Assembly: GCA_000934665.2 (NCBI GenBank)
Contig: JYFJ02003501.1
Location: forward strand, 1 to 40,734
From: Catajapyx aquilonaris
Taxonomy: Eukaryota
Reading direction: 5' to 3'
Length of the DNA: 40,734 nt
Below the pieces are notes generated by a model. The model was given only the letters and a program-made list of their open reading frames with translations, made no database searches and was not told the DNA's origin. This document shows, piece by piece, positions 37,839 through 40,734 of this stretch. A program made the position numbers and the translations under genes. The number at the start of each line of letters is the position of its first letter. Position 1 is the first letter of the stretch.

Positions 37839-39419
37839 GTTTTTTTTAAAATTTTAGTTTTTATTTTTAGTGCATAATCGTCAATAAAAGTAGCTGGTAA
37901 CCTCTGTAGTGTCGTATGGAACCACTTTTTATACCCAAGCCACATCAGATATCGCATAATTACGTAGTATACAATGTGTAACATACGAGTATGCTGCTAC
38001 ATGTTGCTAATGATGTCACCAACCAGCTGTGTACAGTACATAGGCGTGCATGTTGTGTACACATACCTACACAAATTACTTGTATAATCTACTGTACTAT
38101 AGGCGACATCAAAACCCGGGAGGGGGATCAGATAAACCAGTGCCTCATTTGACTCGTTTGTGCTAGATCGGTTTCGTGACACTAGCGATAGGTACGCATT
38201 CGCCACAAGAAAAATACCATATTTGTTTGTTCCAGGTGCGATAATCAATGTGATCTGCAGTGGCGGTGAAGTATATGAGTTCAAAGAACAATTCTATGCA
38301 AATATATTGCTTAGAAACCAATCTAATTAATGGCTAAATTCCCAGAATTGACCTAGACTCCATACAGTCTCTATAATTGCGCATAGAACGTTTCCAATAT
38401 GGCCGCGGGAAGATGGCGTCATACGAAAAGTCCGACTAGCTCCCCCCTCAACTGCTTCTCTTTTCGGCTGCACTTAGCAAGTCCCCTATCCTCAGATGTG
38501 GAACTACCAAATCGCCTTTGGGTGGTCGACTTCTGAACCATTCTTAACCTACCTAAATTGTCAATTCCCATTCACCCCTAGTTTGCAAATCCACCGCATC
38601 AGCCACCTGAATGCGAATTGGTAGAGTGCTCCACATCTGGGGGTGCGTGACTCTATATCCGGGGATAGGGGACTGGCTAAGCTCACGGCCTTCCCCGTAT
38701 GGCTAGATAGGGAGTTGCGGGGGGCTGAGTCCGACAAAGCACTTGAGGATGTGATTTTTGTGATGAATTCTACGGGTTTCGCTTGTGAATGTGCCAAAAA
38801 CTGCATTCATTTATGATTCATAGATTTTTTGCAAAACATTCTCAAAGTGAGTGTCCACATATCACTGACACGGCGGCCAGAGGGTTAAAGTGACAGTGGA
38901 TTCATATTCTTGATCCATTTCACAGGGACAGAGGTGGTTCTCTGCCTCCATTGGACAATGACAGCATCAAATCCGCTAGAGATTCTTCAGATCTGGAGAG
39001 CACGGATTGCAACAAGGATAATTACAGCGAAGGTGAGTGTGTGCTCGTGTGTTCACACTCCTAGAGAAAGTGAAATTCTGCCTTTCCAGACTCCTTGAAT
39101 GTAGAGTGTGGAGCTGATCTAAAGGGTAAAGAAGGTAAAGGAGCCATAAAACGTCTAAAGCCAGAAGCAGATAAAGGCGAGGATCCCTTCCCTGCTAAAA
39201 AACGGCGGACCCGCCGGAAGAGGGTGACAGAGGAAGAGGCTCCACGCCGCATGCGTTCACGGCAGTTTCCAGTCAGAGGCACGGCCCGTGCACCTCTGGC
39301 AGCCATGGCAGTGGGAAGTGATAGTGATGAACCTTCCAATGCTATGGCCAATAGCATCAACACACTTGTGGTGGTGCATTCGCCAAGGCCTTCAAAGTAC
39401 AACTTCTATTCAGAACTTG
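10908..39419 (+). CDS. ARID4B: AT-rich interactive domain protein 4 (ARID4A/ARID4B, hat-trick-like), incomplete at the 3' end
   Basis: Exons: 10908-10910 (ATG only, tentative), 15287-15394, 17713-17778, 17866-17959, 18026-18194, 18259-18477, 18537-18616, 18687-18808, 23411-23548, 23609-23739, 23815-23968, 27465-27728, 27822-28090, 28445-28718, 28993-29224, 29292-31924 (frame break at N31641), 38926-39032, 39090-39419. All are GT-AG with compatible phases. Domain order is Tudor, RBB1NT/PWWP-like, ARID, chromo-barrel, then the [10 protein letters not shown] motif. Confidence 0.92.
12315..12685 (-). mobile_element. tRNA-derived SINE, family A copy 1
   Basis: 15-bp TSD CTCAAGAACCATATT at 12300-12314 and 12686-12700. 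Minus strand has A-box-like GTGGCGCTGCGG, B-box-like GGATCAAATCCC and a (TTA)n tail. Confidence 0.85.
13612..14555 (-). mobile_element. Decayed mariner element
   Basis: TA flanks; ~30-bp TIR GAGGTGCTACCCAAAAGTTCxCGAACTGA. Transposase remnants: [12 protein letters not shown] (YSPDLAPxD motif) at ~13920-13890 and FKLGKSAA (N-terminal HTH) at ~14320-14295. Confidence 0.85.
14848..15244 (+). mobile_element. tRNA-derived SINE, family A copy 2
   Basis: 10-bp TSD TGTTAATTGA at 14838-14847 and 15245-15254; GTGGCGCTACAG and GGTTCGATCCC boxes; body colinear with copy 1; long (TTA)n tail at ~15176-15244. Confidence 0.85.
15287..18194 (+). CDS. ARID4B: ARID4 exons 2-5: N-terminal interdigitated Tudor domain
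   Basis: [40 protein letters not shown]...[19 protein letters not shown]...[45 protein letters not shown]. Confidence 0.93.
16150..16579. mobile_element. Tc1/mariner-pogo-type MITE
   Basis: TA flanks; TIR CAGTTGAATCCGGATA / TATCCGGATTCAACTG; internal TATAACA repeats. Confidence 0.8.
16771..17557. repeat. Near-perfect ~145-bp inverted repeat
   Basis: Arms 16771-16917 and 17415-17557 are reverse complements apart from a small indel and one substitution; ~500-nt spacer. Confidence 0.9.
18259..18808 (+). CDS. ARID4B: ARID4 exons 6-8: RBB1NT/PWWP-like domain
   Basis: IGKVICVE...[14 protein letters not shown]...[18 protein letters not shown]...[18 protein letters not shown]. Confidence 0.9.
20326..21161. 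mobile_element. piggyBac-like MITE
   Basis: TTAA at 20322-20325 and 21162-21165; imperfect TIR CTCTTAGGGCGCC / GGCTCTGTAAGAG. Confidence 0.55.
21166..22350. mobile_element. Kolobok-like element related to 1744-2220 (right end not found)
   Basis: TTAA + AGGAACACTCCACTCAAAATACAAGTTGG...AAAAAATCCTGATTC matches the left TIR at 1744. ATACGGTTGCA...CAAAATA near 22320-22345 echoes 2069-2096. The right boundary is uncertain. Confidence 0.55.
23411..23968 (+). CDS. ARID4B: ARID4 exons 9-11: ARID DNA-binding domain
   Basis: [64 protein letters not shown]...[14 protein letters not shown]. Confidence 0.93.
24045..24562. mobile_element. piggyBac-like MITE
   Basis: TTAA at 24041-24044 and 24563-24566; imperfect TIR CCTTTTGTGGCC / GCCTTCAAAGGG. 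Confidence 0.55.
24567..24695. mobile_element. 129-bp palindromic Harbinger-like MITE
   Basis: TAA at 24564-24566 and 24696-24698; perfect 43-bp TIR TGCCTGGTTGCACCAACAAAATTACCGGTCCGATAGCTCCTAA. Confidence 0.88.
25561..26696. mobile_element. Harbinger-like MITE, middle layer
   Basis: TTA at 25558-25560 and 26697-26699; termini GGGCAGAT...GTGGTTCAA / TTGAACCAC...ATCGGCCC. Confidence 0.72.
25843..26510. mobile_element. Long-TIR foldback element, inner complete copy
   Basis: ~290-bp inverted arms starting GAAAG(G)TGxCATTTTTTGACTAGTTGCCGAC around a short unique centre; flanks ATTT/ATTG. Confidence 0.85.
27465..28090 (+). CDS. ARID4B: ARID4 exons 12-13: Glu/Lys-rich low-complexity linker
   Basis: Open frames with GT-AG borders; poly-Glu (GAG/GAA)n at ~27498-27575. 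Confidence 0.8.
28445..28718 (+). CDS. ARID4B: ARID4 exon 14: chromo-barrel (Tudor-knot) domain
   Basis: GDKLKVYYG...TYEAKV...[16 protein letters not shown], with aromatic-cage residues present. Confidence 0.93.
28993..31924 (+). CDS. ARID4B: ARID4 exons 15-16: long disordered region
   Basis: Exons 28993-29224 and 29292-31924; motifs [49 protein letters not shown] donor at 31925. Confidence 0.85.
30026..30310 (+). repeat. Coding 15-nt minisatellite, 17-19 units of [KQ]P[PQ][PSL]S
   Basis: Units such as AAGCCACCACCTTCA, in frame in ARID4 exon 16. Confidence 0.9.
32011..32780 (+). mobile_element. tRNA-derived SINE, family B (V-domain-like core), interrupted by a piggyBac-like MITE
   Basis: A box TGGCGTAGTGG, B box GAGTTCGATCC, core GCATGGGTTTTCTCGGGGTTCTCCCGCTTCCTCC, (TTA)n tail at ~32741-32764; possible TSD TGTGTT(T/G)GAA at 32001-32010 / 32781-32790. 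Confidence 0.78.
32205..32674. mobile_element. piggyBac-like MITE
   Basis: TTAA at 32201-32204 and 32675-32678; TIR CCCxTAACTACGTAGGTGG; the left terminus is duplicated at 32232-32266. Confidence 0.8.
32898..33832. mobile_element. TA-flanked foldback element with ~340-bp TIRs
   Basis: TA at 32896-32897 and 33833-33834; terminal CCTTACCCAAATCCCATAGTTTACGC is perfectly inverted; arms ~32898-33235 and ~33497-33832. Confidence 0.85.
33907..34056 (+). mobile_element. Truncated SINE family B copy
   Basis: CACAGCCTTCCACCTATAAGGTCCCGAGTTCGATCC...GCATGGGTTTTCTTGGGGTTCTCCC, colinear with 32040-32186. Confidence 0.8.
34939..35211. mobile_element. Palindromic MITE-like hairpin
   Basis: TCGCCTGCCGGGGCGTTTTGCA...ATTATGTGGCGACCCTACC...AACTT (34939-35027) is inverted at 35112-35211. 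Confidence 0.7.
35998..37325. mobile_element. Tc1/mariner-type non-autonomous element
   Basis: TA flanks; perfect 28-bp TIR CAGGGTGTATCAGAACTCTACCGTAAGC. Confidence 0.82.
37765..37838. repeat. (TG)n followed by (TTA)n microsatellite
   Basis: Seen directly in the sequence. Confidence 0.9.
38926..39419 (+). CDS. ARID4B: ARID4 exons 17-18
   Basis: Phases match exon 16; exon 18 ends [18 protein letters not shown]. The expected C-terminal coiled coil lies beyond the window. Confidence 0.82.
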
Positions 39420-39750
39420 GTAAGAGTTGGCATTAAGTAAAGGGGTGTTTTTGGCTGGTGACATTTGGGACATCTGAAACACCTGAGGACCATGATGAAC
39501 GTGCTGCAAGATTTTTGCCTTATCTATAGGAGAAGGGAAAAAGAGTTACGGCTGCTAACATGCACTAAAAAGGTCCCTGTAAATAGGATGTGGTGCTTTC
39601 TGTTCACATGGGATGCTGCAAGTGGGTACCTTTAGTTAGGGTAACACTACCAAACACATGCCTGTCCACTCTAATGATTAAAGTGTTATTCAATTATTTT
39701 TGCATAGGTTCATAAGAACAAGAACAGAAAAAGGCGGTGCATGCAGCAAA

Positions 39751-40320
39751 AGCCCATTTTACGAATTCCCGCTGCACGTTATAAAGCGACCCCAAAACAC
39801 CCGACTTCAAGTCTTCACTGCATATGGGTGGGCAGCAAAACGCCGCTTCCTGCCATGTGTCAATTCACGAAAACTATTGCCGCTCACGGCAGAGTATGAA
39901 AACGAGGGGTGAGAGGGTCAGAGAAGTACATGCTCTAGGCCAACCTGAGGTCGGGCGGGGTCCGGGGCGGGGAGCCAGGTGAAGGCAGTGTCCGGGACCG
40001 CGTACGGGGAAGGACTCTCAGGGCGGAGGCAGACAGACAGGACATTGGCAGCCAGACGGACAGGGAATAAAAGCCAGACTGCAGAGACAAAGAGGTGAGG
40101 GGAGTTTGGATGTCACGTGACTTCCTCTGATTGGCTCAACGAGGCAGCATCCAGTCCGACTTCTAGAGATCTTGAAGTCAGTAGGTGTCTCTTCCGGCAG
40201 CAAAACGCGGCTGTGTGCTGCTCGTTGTCTTTCAATAAATTGTTACGCAGCGTGCTTTGCTTGCAGTCCGGCGTTATGAAGTCGCTTTATGACGCTCAGA
40301 GGGAATTCGTAAAATGGGTT
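39751..40320. mobile_element. Harbinger-like MITE in ARID4 intron 18
   Basis: ~60-bp imperfect TIR CCCATTTTACGAATTCCCxCTGxxCGTxATAAAGCGAC; right flank TAA, left flank AAA. Confidence 0.68.
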
Positions 40321-40734
40321 TAAGGCTACTTGATGCTGTGAATTGGAAAAGTTGTGTAACAGTGGTCATGTTTGGTTCCACCAGTCAGTTAATCAATTAG
40401 CTAACTCCATGACCAGATAAGACCAACCTTCTTATATGCAACTGTCAGATTAGGCAGGTGTTACCAGATTGATCTTTCTGCAGTGGTCGCCACCATATGC
40501 AATGTTCCTAATAGGGTCATTCCACGTCAGTTTGTCACAATATTAGCCCTTGGTATGTCAAATTTCGTTCAGACTTTTTTAAATGGAAGTACTCCACCCC
40601 AAACAAATGTGGCCCAGGCCATTCATCCGGAAAAAAAAATTAAGGGCGCACGATCACGACGATTTTTCCCACTCGCGGAGGCCAAGTTGGGCCGAGGGAC
40701 GGGTGCAGCGTTGTGTTCGCACCGCCGGTGTGGC

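Noticed and set aside
40512..40734. Possible left end of another TIR element (AGGGTCATTCCACGTCA...)
   Set aside because: No partner end inside the window, so it cannot be supported.

Overview
Eukaryotic genomic DNA, most likely insect/hexapod (inferred from the proteins, many 57-93 nt GT-AG introns and the transposon types). Three spliced genes were reconstructed by hand: (1) the last two coding exons of CGRRF1 (+, C-terminal RING-HC); (2) a complete 4-exon, 367-aa PRMT1-like arginine methyltransferase (-, 10331..7090); (3) an ARID4A/B (hat-trick-like) chromatin regulator (+, from 10908, at least 18 coding exons, continuing past the window end). The PRMT and ARID4 genes are head-to-head, with 576 nt between their start codons. 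The main observation is that the PRMT gene is intact but its active site is remodelled: the first double-E-loop Glu is Asn, its partner Arg54 is Pro, the product-specificity residue Met48 is Phe (as in PRMT5), THW is SHW, and the dimerisation arm is acidified. This suggests a pseudo-enzyme or an enzyme with altered specificity. Introns are packed with non-autonomous DNA transposons (hAT, piggyBac-, Kolobok-, Harbinger- and Tc1/mariner-like, long foldbacks) and tRNA-derived SINEs, including a triple-nested insertion. One N at 31641 marks a probable assembly frameshift in ARID4. All family assignments come from motif recall, not database searches.
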